DNA from: Leucoraja erinacea
Taxonomy: Eukaryota
DNA: 64,000 bases
Reading direction: 5' to 3'
NCBI RefSeq assembly: GCF_028641065.1
Contig: NC_073410.1
Span: 2,294,001 to 2,358,000 of the forward strand
Position 1 is the first letter of the stretch, and each line of letters opens with the position of its first letter. Under the pieces are notes generated by a model, which worked only from the letters and a program-made list of their open reading frames with translations, searched no databases and was not told the DNA's origin. Positions 22,803 to 33,939 of this stretch are shown in pieces. The translations under genes were made by a program, and so were the position numbers.

Positions 22803-25800
22803 TTAGGGCAACTGTCCACAATCAGTGATGACAACAGGGACAGATTTCTTCGATTTGGTGCCACCTTTTTCTGACGGCTTGCTAGTTGCTTCCATCTTCC
22901 TGACAACATCCATGCCCTCTACCACCGAACCAAACACAACATGCTTGCCATCTAACCTATAACACAAAGCAGGTGATATTATTTACCTCCAATATTATCA
23001 ATAAATTACTGCAAAATAGATTTTTTTTTTTTTTAATTGGCAGCTTACCATTCAGTTTTCTTGGTGCAGAGAAAGAACTGGGAACCATTTGTGTCTTTTC
23101 CAGAGTTGGCCATGGACAGGATACCTGCAATGTGAAGATGGCAAATGTGCTCAGATTGTCTTTGTAAGCAAGATATTAAAATGTAGATAGAAGCAGGCAA
23201 GAGCAGAGGGGAATCTCAAGGGGGGAGGTGAGGAAGTGGTACAGAGGTCAGTAAAACAGTTCAGTTCATGTCACGTATACCGAGGTACAGTGAAAAACTT
23301 TTGTCGCAAGCTAACCAGTCAGCAGAAAGACAATACATGATTACAATTCAGCCACTTACAGAGTATAGATACATGATGAGGGAATAATGTTTAGTGCAAG
23401 GCAAAGTTATCAAGGATATTCCAAGGGTCACCAAGAAGGTAGATAGTAATTCAGCACCGCTCTCTGGTTGTGAAAACCAGCAAAAACTGAACAATGGCAC
23501 AAATGTATAAATGAAAACCAAAACCATAACAGCCAATGCCCCTTTCCCCCCAAATGACACAAGTGGCTGCAGATGTCAGAAACTTAAACAAGACACAAAG
23601 CGCAGGATGAACTCATTGGGTCAGAGAGCATTTACGGAGGGAATGGAAAGGCAACATCACTTCCTCTTCTGGGCAAACTTTGCAAGAGGCCAATGCAGTT
23701 CGGAGAGAATCTACTTTACCTGGTCCTGTGTGCTTCAGGGTGAAATTCTCATCAGCAAATTTTTTCCCGTAGATGGACTTTCCACCAGTGCCATCATTTG
23801 CCGTGAAGTCACCGCCCTGTGTGTTTCAAGGTTGAAGGTGCCGTTAGTTAATATGGAACGGCAGAATCAAGAACATCGGTATAACGTTAACCACCAACCG
23901 CTCCTCACCTGGCACATAAATTCATAAATGATCCGATGAAAAGTCGAGCCCTTGTAACCAAAACCCTTCTCCCCGGTACACAAGGCACGGAAGTTCTCTG
24001 CAACAAAACCACTCAGTGTTAGACCACATGTTTAAACGATGGAGACTTTGTTCAACTCAATGTGACAAGCCTGGGACTCACCTGCAGTCTTTGGGACAAC
24101 ATCAGCCCTGAGCTGGAAGAGACAAGAGGCACAGCGTCAGAACACCAACACATGCACAATAATTACTCTGCCACATTACCGCTGTAATTAGTGCAGCACA
24201 GTGGCTCACAAGGTCATTAAGTGATAGGAGCAGAATTAGGCCATTCGGCCCATCAAGTCTACTCCGCCATTCAATCATGGCTGATCCACATTCTCATGCC
24301 TTCTCCCCATAACCTGACCCCCGTACTAATCAAAGGTGATAGAGCTGCTGCCTCACGGAGCCAGAGACCAGAGTTCGATCTTATTCTCGGGTGCTGTCTA
24401 TGTGGAGTTTGCACGCATGGGTTTTCTCCAGTTCCTCCCATATCTCAAAGACATGTATGTTTGTAGTTTAATTGGCCCCTGTAAATTGCCCCGAGTGTAT
24501 AGGGAGTGGATGAGAAAATGGGATAACATAGAAAGTTTCACTTGCCAGGCTTTATCCTGCCCCCACCTCTTCTCTCTTCCCCCCTCCACTATCACAGTCT
24601 GAAGAAGAGCCCCGATCCAAAACGTTGTCTATCCATGTTCTGCAGCGATGTCGCCCAACCCGCTGAGTTACTCCAGCACTTTGTGTCCGTCTTCGATTTG
24701 AACCATCATCTACTATTTCTTCCTGCACCCTGAAGAGGTGACGTTTCAGGTCGGGACCCTTCTGAATACTAATTGTAAGCGGTGGGAAAACAAAGCACGT
24801 TTGGCAGACACAGGAGAGAAGGCATTTAACGGCCAGATTGTTGGCAAGCGTGGAGAGTTTTGCATTATATTATTCTGTGCTTGTATGCATAAAATTTGCT
24901 TGTAATGCTTTGTCTTCTTCCCATAAGTGGCACGACTTTCAAGAGAGCTATATAGGGCTCTTAAAGATAGCGGAGTCAAGGGATATGGGGAGAAGGCAGG
25001 AACCGGGTACTGATTGGGGATGATCAGCCATGATCACATTGAATTGCGGTGCTGGCTCGAAGGGCCGAATGGCCTACTCCTGCACCTAATTTCTATGTTT
25101 CTATCCTTAAGCTGTGACCCCTTGTCCTGGACTTCCCTAACATCGGGAACAATCTTCCTGCATCTAGCAATTTTATGGACATAAAATGTTGGAGTAACTC
25201 AGCGGGACAGGCAGCATCTCTGGAGTCTGAAGAAGGAATAGGTGTCGAGACCCTTCTTTAGATTGATCCTTTACCTGGCCACATGGTGGAGCCGTTGTTC
25301 TTCCATTGGGCAGCCATGCCTTCAATGGCCCAGGCTGCAAGTTGGCAAACTCCTACAAGTGTTCCAGCTCCACCCTCCAGCCCAGCCCTGCTTTGGATAC
25401 AAGTTTCCGCATTCTTCCATGCAGCTTCGGTTTGGCAGCCAGCGCCCCACACAACCAACCACAGGGCAACACTTCTCTGTCTAGAGTCCTAGCACCAAAC
25501 TACCACCCTATTCCCGCCCAAAGGCCGCCATTATAATCTCCCAGCTCTAATTAAAGATTACTAAACACCCTACTGAAGCAAAAAACAGACACACAAGCAA
25601 CTGCAGACGCTGGAACCTTGAGCAAGACACAACGTGCTGGAGGGGCTCAGTGGGTCAGGCAGCATCTGTGGGAGGAATGGCCACGAAATGTTTGGGGTAA
25701 AAGGTTTTGACCCTTAGAAACATAGAAAAATAGGTGTAGGAGTGGGCCATTCGAGTTAACATCGACATTCAATATGATCATGGCTGATCCTCTAAATATC

Positions 25801-26598
25801 CCCCATATCCCTCGATTCCTTATACCGAAGAGCTAAATCTAACTCCCTCTTGAAAACTTCATCTGGAGTTTTGAGGAAAGGTCACAACATGAAACATCGC
25901 CTAGTTCCACCGCAGACGCTGCCTGACCCGCTGAGTTCCTCCAGCACTTTGTACTTTACTCCAGTTTCCGCGCCTCTGCGGTTCCCCGTTTCTCGCAGAA
26001 ATTCACCAGTTGATCGATTTCACAAAAAACAAAACAAAACTTCGCCCCGACTGTGTAACGCGTCTCTGACACTAAGCGCCGAACTGATTCCACTTGGCTA
26101 CAATTGTTAAACATTTTCGATACCACACCGGACGTTGTTGCTCATTTACAAGCGTAACAAAGTACGTTTTCTCCCAATTCCCCCCCAATGAAGATGAGAC
26201 ACAAAAAAGCTGGAGTAACTCAGCGGGACAGGCAGCATCTCCAGAGAGAAGGGATGGGTCGAGACCTTCTTCAGACCCATTTTTTCCCCTCCACTGTATA
26301 GTTGAGTTTTTTGCTTTCATGTTCCTTATTCTTTTCCTGTGCTGTATTTTTTTTGGTGGGGGGGGAGGGGAGAGATGATTTTTCCAGCCCTTTGACTTAC
26401 CTCCATCACAACGCGGCCCGCGGGCTGGTTATCAATGGAAATGTCCATAAACACCTTGGGGTTTGCGGCCGCCATGGTTCTGCAGCTTCTCAGTTGTGAG
26501 ATAAACGCGAATGGGATGGTCTGCACCAAAGCTTTGGTCTGCACCGCCTTTCCGACTTTGCAACAGAGCAGGAAGTGTTGCGCTGAGCGCTGCAACAT
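22803..26598 (-). CDS. PPIF: Peptidyl-prolyl cis-trans isomerase F, mitochondrial (cyclophilin D)-like, unit D, 214 aa
   Basis: Exons 26401-26598, 24082-24112, 23909-23997, 23720-23816, 23049-23124, 22803-22956 (198/31/89/97/76/154 nt), all GT-AG. The N-terminus [41 protein letters not shown] has no acidic residue (presequence-like). It is followed by ...[45 protein letters not shown]...[10 protein letters not shown]...ITDCGQLP*. The split 97+76 exons are the PPIF pattern (PPIA has one 173-nt exon). AATAAA at 22768-22773. Confidence 0.9.
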
Positions 26599-27232
26599 TT
26601 TAGCCAGTTGCCAGCAATCTGCGCCTAGAGAAGGCGGATTCCAATTGCGACTGAGATCACAGACCACGCCGTCGATCACACATCCTCGCCCGACCATTCG
26701 CTGCCTCTCCTTCCGTGTTCCCATTGCAACCGAGAGATGAGGGCGGAAATCAAAGCGAAAAAAAAAAATCCCCTTTGCATGCGAAAGGACTTCATCTTGT
26801 TAATTCCCCAGAACAAGGCCACGTTTTTGATACATTAAACTGTGCAATGAACAGCGCAAGAGAAGCACCAAGGGTGCAAGTCTGCTGACACTTAAAATAT
26901 ATATTTTCAATGAATGCAAGAAAATCAGTGGCTCTGGCTCTAACATTTTTGTGGGTTTTAAACAAAAAAAAGATTTCCAGCGTCTGCAGTTTTTTTTAAA
27001 ACGATTTAAAAATAAATTCACAGTTCAATTTCAATTGATGGCGTGAAAGCACTGGAAAAAACCAGGTATAAAACAATTTAAAGCATAACTTACTCCAATC
27101 TTCACGGGCTGTAGTATTGGGAAACAAGGAACTGCAGAGTTGCTGTTTTACAGAAAAAGACACAAAGTGCTGGAGTGCGGGGGGGGGGGGTTCTATCTCC
27201 CCATATCTTATTTTTCTCGTACCATATAGTAT

Positions 27233-27630
27233 TAGACAATAGACAATAGGTGCAGGTGTAGGCCATTCGGCCCTTCGAGCCAGCACCGCCATTCAATGTG
27301 ATCACGGCTGATCAACCCCAATCAGTACCCCGTTCCTGCCCTCTCCCCATATCCCCTGACTCCGCTATCTTTAAGAGCCCCATCTAGCTCTCTCTTGAAA
27401 GCATCCAGAGAACCTGCCTCCACCGCCCTCTGAGGCAAAGAATTCCACAGACTCACCACTCTCTGTGAGAAAAAGTGTTTCCTCGTCTCAGTTCAAAATG
27501 GCTTACTCCTTATTCTTAAACTGTGTGGCCCCTGGTTCTGGACTCCCCCAACATCGGGAACATGTTTCCTGCCTCTAGCGTGTCCAAACCCTTAATAATC
27601 TTATATGTTTCAATGAGATCCCCTCTAATC
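27233..27630 (-). mobile_element. CR1-type LINE 3' fragment upstream of unit D
   Basis: Reverse-complement CR1 3' end with an (ATTGTCT)n tail. Absent from units B and C. Confidence 0.85.
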
Positions 27631-30039
27631 CACAATGTATTAATTAGAAACAAGATTACTACCATATTAATAAAGTATGTAAAAATCAGAGCATTCTCAG
27701 AATATCATGTTCATTTGTGTTAGGAGCAGATTTAGGCCATTCGGCCCATCACGTCTACTCTGCCATTCAATCATGGCTGATCTATCTCTCCCTCCTAACC
27801 CCATTCTCCTGCCTTCTCCCCATAACCCCTGACAATTCTACTAATCAAATCTAGTGCAACAGGATTAGTAATATCTAAATACTTTTTTATATAAGATTAA
27901 TGAAAGCCATCTGCTGTGAACTGGTAACACAAGGCAGCATTTAACATCTAGATTCTTTCTTTACAACAATTATTTTATGACCACACTTCACTGGAAAGTC
28001 TTAAATAGAACATGAAAGGCACTTTGTAAATTAAAGTATTTCTTTCGAAGTTTGTACCCTATAGTCCAGAGACTGGACAGCTCAGTTGGTAGATGTGCTG
28101 TCTCACGGAAACCTGGGTTCAACCCTCACCTCACGTGCTGTCTACGTGGAGTTTGCACGTACTGTGATCGTGTGAGTTTCCCCTTGGTGCTCCAGTTTCC
28201 TCTCACATCTCGAGGGCGTAAGGGTTGGCGGGTTAACTGGCCTCTAGACAAATGCATTGAATGTGCTGGTGAGCGCTGGAATCTGGAGGGAGTCGATGAG
28301 AATGAGGGGAGGATATAAACTGGGATAAATGTTTAATTAGTGTAAACAGTTTGTTGATGGTCAATAGGTTGGGGTGCATCTTTCTGTGCTATATCTGTCT
28401 ATAATTCAACAGGAAATGGCTGTACATGGTAATAAGGTTCACCAGGCAAGGTGAAGATGATGGAGTGACTTCTAGGTCTCTAAAGTTCAGTTTAGTTTAG
28501 AGATACAGTGTGAAAACAGGCCCATTTGGCACTGAGTCTGCGCTGACCAGCGAGTGCCCATACACTAGCTCTATCCTACACACTAGGGACAATTTTTACT
28601 AGAAACTAATGAATCTAATAACCTGCATGAGCTTGGGGAATGCAGTAGAAAACCGGAGCACCCGGAGAAAATCCACATGGGCGCAGGGAGAACGTGTAAA
28701 CCAAAGATCTTAGAGCTTTACAAACAGCACCCATAGTCAGGTCTCTGGCACGGCAAGGCCGCAACTCTACCACTGCACAGCTTTGGTTCTCATCTAAAGA
28801 GGATGATTTTATGTACAGAATATTTTTCCAGCCAAATGACCTGTTTTCATCAGGAATACGTTACAGCCATTTCTCTTTCTCTGCTTGTTGAAAGGACTCA
28901 ATTTTCTCAGTAACTGCATGGTTGTTCCTCAACAGTTTGCCTGCTGCAAGTGACACATAATCCAACTCATTGGGTGAAGCTGCGCTGGACATAAATACTC
29001 TGAAGATAAAACCTCGTAAGATTTTCTTAATTGCAGCAACAGAGAGAGAGAGAGAAAAGAATAGTGTAAGCTGGAGAGGTGAACAAAGATCAGAGGTTGA
29101 TTGGTATAGAAGATAGACCCAAAAAGCTGGAGTAACTCAGCGGGACAGGCAGCTTCCCTGGACAGAAGGAATGGGTGACGTTTCGGGTCGAGGCCCTTCA
29201 TCAGACTGGTTAGGGATAAGGGAAACGAGAGATATAGGCGATATATCATATTGAATGGCGGTTTAGGCTCGAAGGGCCGAATGGCCTACTCCTGCACCTA
29301 TTTTCCATGTTTCGATGAAACAGGCCATTGTTAGCTGTTTGAAGAAGGGTTTCAACCCAAAACGTTGCCTATTTCCTTCGCTCCATAGATGCTGCCTCAC
29401 CCGCTGAGTTTCTCCAGCATTTTTGTCTACCTTCGATTTTCCAGCATCTGCAGTTCCTTCTTAAACATGGTTGGTGAAAAACTGGGAAGACTGAAACTGG
29501 AGCTGGAAATTCCAGAGGTGGAAGATGGAGCAGCAAGAAAGCACAGAGACAGTTTAAGTGGGCAAGTACAAACAAGCACCAGAATGTTGGTGTTGTAACA
29601 AGCTGTAACAAACCACCACCCTCCACTGAGCTATAATTCGGATTAACTGAACGCATCACACATTAAATGAAATTCTCTATCAACCTCAACATATAATTCC
29701 CCATTGTGGAAAAGTATCCACAACTCCCCACTTTAAAACTTAGAAAAGCTAATCACTCTACTACTTTTTAAATCTCTCTTTGTTTTCTTCTGACGTGGAA
29801 GGTCATTCGGCCCATTAAGCCTCTACTGCCTCTTAGAACATTCCCTCAACTATGATCTTGTATGGACTGCCTTTGGTTGCACTAAGTAAGGGCTTTGGGT
29901 TTTTGGTCGAGTACTGTAGATATTCATTTATTACATTTTTGATTATTAGACAACAGTTTTCGGCATTCTAGCGTAACAGTTCCAGAGACATTTTTTTATT
30001 TTTTATATATTATAATATCATATTTTTATTTTTTGCTAG

Positions 30040-30328
30040 GGCAACACAACCCAGCGGTATGAATATTGATTTCTCCAACTTCAAGTACTCTTGCTTTCCC
30101 TCTCTCCCCGACCCTAGTTCTCTGACAAGTTTCACCTCAGCTAACAACGAAACATTCCACATTGTCTGCTTTGATCTGTCATTTTCACACCTCACTCTTC
30201 CATATCTCTGGTCTCCCTCTCCTCCGTACACTCAGTCTGAAGAAGGGTCTCGGCCCGAAACGTCACCCATTCCTTCTCCCCGGACGGAGGTGCTGCCTGT
30301 CCCGCTGAGTTACTCCAGCATTTTGTGA
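30040..30328 (+). mobile_element. Penelope-like (Neptune-type) element 3' end: GIY-YIG endonuclease C-terminus and pLTR
   Basis: ...QPSGMNIDFSNFK, then a pyrimidine-rich UTR, then CTGAAGAAGGGTCTCGGCCCGAAACGTC and the GCTGCCTGTCCCGCTGAGTTACTCCAGC terminus shared with many short repeats in the window. Confidence 0.7.
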
Positions 30329-30659
30329 TGATACTTAATTTGTATGTCATTTTTAGCATGGAGTAAAAAATGATTATTGCAGATAACTCGAATGTGAAGT
30401 TTAATGGCCAAACTGTGTATGCATGTTGTGATTCTCATCGAATGATTCTGCATTTCTTTCCCAGCATCTTCATATTTTGTGAACTCTTTTCAAAAAGTAA
30501 ATGCCCCACCTTGTAACAGGCAAAATGAGATCACATTTCAATTCCTCTTTGTTTTCAGCAAGGTAGTGGCAGGAAACTTGCAAATCCAGTTCTAAGTAAC
30601 AGGATCCCTGCAGCAAAATGCACAACAAAACACCAAGCCCTGGACAAGATACAAGAGGC

Positions 30660-31315
30660 CAAAGATCCTATAGCAGAGCAAGATAGACCACTCCTGCTAA
30701 ATGCAATGGGGCTGACGTGTAGTAACATAGAAACATAGAAATTAGGTGCAGGAGTAGGCCATTCGGCCCTTCGAGCCTGCACCGCCATTCAATATGATCA
30801 TGGCTGATCATCCAACTCAGTATCCCGTACCTGCCTTCTCTCCATACCCCCTGATCCCCTTAGCCACAAGGGCCACATCTAACTCCCTCTTAAATATAGC
30901 CAATGAAGTGGCCTCAACTACCCTCTGTGGCAGAGAGTTAGAGATTCACCACTCTCTGCGTGAAAAAAGTTCTTCTCATCTCGGCTTTAAAGGATTTCCC
31001 CCTTATCCTTAAGGACGCAACGGAACATGGGCTTTTTTTTCATCCATTTCAGTAACCGGGCCTGACCCGCAGTGTATCACCGTTGCGGGGGAACTGTTTG
31101 TGTTAATAAATTAAAATTCTGAAAATGAGATTTTTACCAAATAACTTTTATTTTTACGAGGATGTTCCCGTAACCGGATTCCGTCTCTGCACTAGTTATC
31201 CTGCGGGATCTTTGGTGCGGAGACGGAAGCCGGTTACGGAAATTACCCCATGAATCTGCCCATGACCGTACTAGGTCTTTTTCGTCAAGTGGACTATCTT
31301 GCTCGCTGTAGGGTT
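30660..31315. mobile_element. Non-autonomous DNA-transposon-like element interrupted by a CR1 fragment (30725-31012); related inverted copy at ~42385-42630
   Basis: Inverted termini CCTATAGCAGAGCAAGATAGACCACT / AGTGGACTATCTTGCTCGCTGTAGG and an internal palindrome CCGTAACCGG..TCCGTCTC / GAGACGGAAGCCGGTTACGG. Confidence 0.55.
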
Positions 31316-32368
31316 TTTGCAAGAGACTGCAGATGCTGGTATCTTCAGCAAACCCCAAAGCGTACAGGAACAGCAGGGAGTATCTGTGGGGGGAATGGAC
31401 AGAGGACGATTCTGATCGGGACCCATCTTGTAGGGCGGAGAAAACTGAAAAAGAAAGGTTTTTATCATCGTTACTTTTTTGCATATCTTTCATTCATTGG
31501 TTCTATATCTCTCTATATCACCCTCAATATCTCTCGTTTCCCTTTCCCCTGACTCTCAGTCTGAAGAAGGGTCTCGACCCAAAACACCACCTATTGCTTT
31601 TCTCCAGAGATGCTGCCTGTCCCGCTGAGTTACTCCAGCCTATTGTGTGGATGTTCGGTTTAAACTGGCATCTGCAGTTCCTTCTTACACAAGCAAGGTT
31701 GGGTGTGTGGCAAAGCCTGGTGAGTGATAGGTGGAAACAAAAGAACTGCAGATGCTGGTTTATACCAATGATAGACTCAAAGTACTGGAGTAATTCAGTG
31801 GGTCAGGCAGCTTCTCTGGAGGAAATGGATAGGTAATGCTTCAGTCAGAAGAAGGGTCTCGACCCACACCTTTTTGTCCAGAATTGCAGCTGAATTACTC
31901 CAGCACTTTGTGCCTCTGAGTGATAGGTGGATACAGGTGATTGACAGATGGGTGGAGTAAGTGACAAAGGATAGAGGTGAAAGCAGACAAAAAAAAAGTG
32001 TCAGGAAAGGAAAGATGATGAGGCGTGAAATTTAAAGGAGACAGGGTGAGGGGGAAGAGGGGGATAAAAGGGAAATATGGGATTCAGGGAAGGGAGATAA
32101 TAATGGAGAGATGGGGTAACAAATTTAGTGGGAGATGGTGCAAAACAGACAGATACTGGGATGCTGTGAGCAAGGATAAGAAAGGGGGTTGTCGGGAGTA
32201 TTACTTGAAATTGGAGGCTTCAATGCTCACACCATTAGGTTGCAAGCTGCCCAAGCAGAATAGGAAGCTCTGTTCCTCTGGTTTGTGTGTGGATGAGGCA
32301 CATTTTGGCAATGGAGGAGGCCCAGGACAGAAAGGCTGGTGTGGGAATGGGACGGGGAGTTAAAATTG
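31300..32368 (-). mobile_element. Penelope-like element remnant with nested or inverted pLTR pieces
   Basis: The minus strand at ~32200-32365 reads FNSPSHSHTSLSVLGLLHCQ...LGSLQPNG...SNFK* with frameshift (GIY-YIG C-terminus). pLTR segments occur in both orientations at 31320-31915. Confidence 0.6.
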
Positions 32369-33939
32369 TTCGTGTTTGGGAGATCCAACAATAGTCAATA
32401 GACAATAGGTGCAGGAGTAGGCCATTCGGCCCTTCGTGCCAGCACCGCCATTCAATATGATCATGGCTGATCATCCACAATCAGGAAACTCGTTCCTGCC
32501 TTCTCCCCATATCCCCTGACTCCACAATAGGCCTTGGTGGACCGAGCACTTCAACGAAACAGTCGCCTAGTCTACGCTTGGTCTCGCCAATGTAAATATG
32601 TGGAATTCTCTGTCTCAGAGGGTGGTGGAGGCAGGTTCTCTGGATGCTTTTAACAGAGAGCTAGATAGGGCTCTTAAAAATAACGGAGTCAGGGGATATG
32701 TGGAGAAGGCAGGAGATTGCAACCTTCACATGGTCCGCCCTGTTTCAACGAATGCAATCAACCCGGCGTGCACAATCAAATAAGATCATATAGAACAAGT
32801 TGTCCTCCACCTTTAGGCTGTGCACGCCATACACAAGATGAAAAGGTGCCAGGGTTAGTCTCTCTTACTTGGCCACTGTATTTCACCTCGCCCTCGATAG
32901 TTGGCCCAAGGCAGTAAAGACATCTAGAGCCGAGAGTCCTGACAAAACCCAAATGGAACGAACAGCAGTGATGTGGGGCTTGGTAAATGCCACAGTCAAT
33001 GCCAACTTCTAGAATTTTTTGATGATTAAGGGTAGATGGTGGTAAGCAGGATTTGTCCTACTTTCAGGGAACAGAACATTCCTCTTAAGTACCTGAATTG
33101 CACTGGAATGTGTAGGAAAGGACTGCAGATAGACACAAAATACTGGAGTAACTCAGCGGGACAGACAGCATCTCTGGAGAGAAGGAATGGGCGACGTTGG
33201 TCTCATCCCTGCCTGTCCCGCTGAGTTACTCCAGCATTTTGAGTCAACCTTTGTACTGAAACATCATGGCTACAGGTGTAGTTACATCTGTAGCAGAGGT
33301 CTCAGTCATTGTAAGATATCATTATTGCCTGTTCATCTGTATCCACCCATCACTTGCCGGGCTTTGTCCCACCCCCACCTTTCATTTATAGCTTTCTCCC
33401 ACCCACTCAAATCAGTCTGATCTGAAGAAGAGTTTCAAGCCCCAAATGTCACCTGCCCATTCCTGCCTCAGCGGTCCGATGCACAGAAATACTCCAGCAC
33501 TTTGTGCTTTGCTCAAGATTCTAGCATCTGCAATTCTTTGTGTCTTCCTTTCCTCTTTCCAATTTCCACCTGGAAGATCCTACACGTCTGTACACCTTTT
33601 GACAATATTCCACCCAAAGATGTGCGGGTTCGTAGGTTAACTGATCTCTGTAAAATCTCCCCTAGTGTGTCAGGAGTGGACACTGGGGAACTAGCATGAA
33701 CAGATCATACATGAGAGTGAATGGTCGGCATGGACTTGGAGGGGCCGAAGGGCCTGTTTCCATCCTGTACCTCTAAACCAAAATACTAAAGACTGTGAAT
33801 GGCTTGATTGTAATCATGTATTGTCTTTCCGCTGACTGGTTAGCACGTAACACATTACTTTCACCGTGACAATAAGCCAAACTAAACCAAATCTATCGCA
33901 GAGTCCTGTTGCGTTATGAAAATTAAAACAGTTGTACAC

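Larger units (their letters stand above)
11375..24690. repeat. Tandem segmental duplication, period ~5.9 kb (about 2.25 units)
   Basis: 11375-17280 and 17281-23197 are nearly identical; exon 4 recurs at 11896, 17803 and 23720. High identity continues to ~24690. 26160-28550 is an older, more diverged copy of 13545-16580 and 19450-22500. Confidence 0.93.

Noticed and set aside
4787-26598. Calling the cyclophilins PPIA and the neighbour ZMIZ2
   Set aside because: The six-exon structure with 97+76-nt exons, the presequence in unit D, the [12 protein letters not shown] motif and ZMIZ1-type residues all favour the ZMIZ1-PPIF block.
26599-26724. N-terminal extension of unit D to the upstream ATGs at 26724 or 26697
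   Set aside because: The extension contains acidic residues, would mask the presequence and overlaps promoter-like CCAAT/GC motifs. The 198-nt exon from 26598 matches the expected PPIF exon 1 size.
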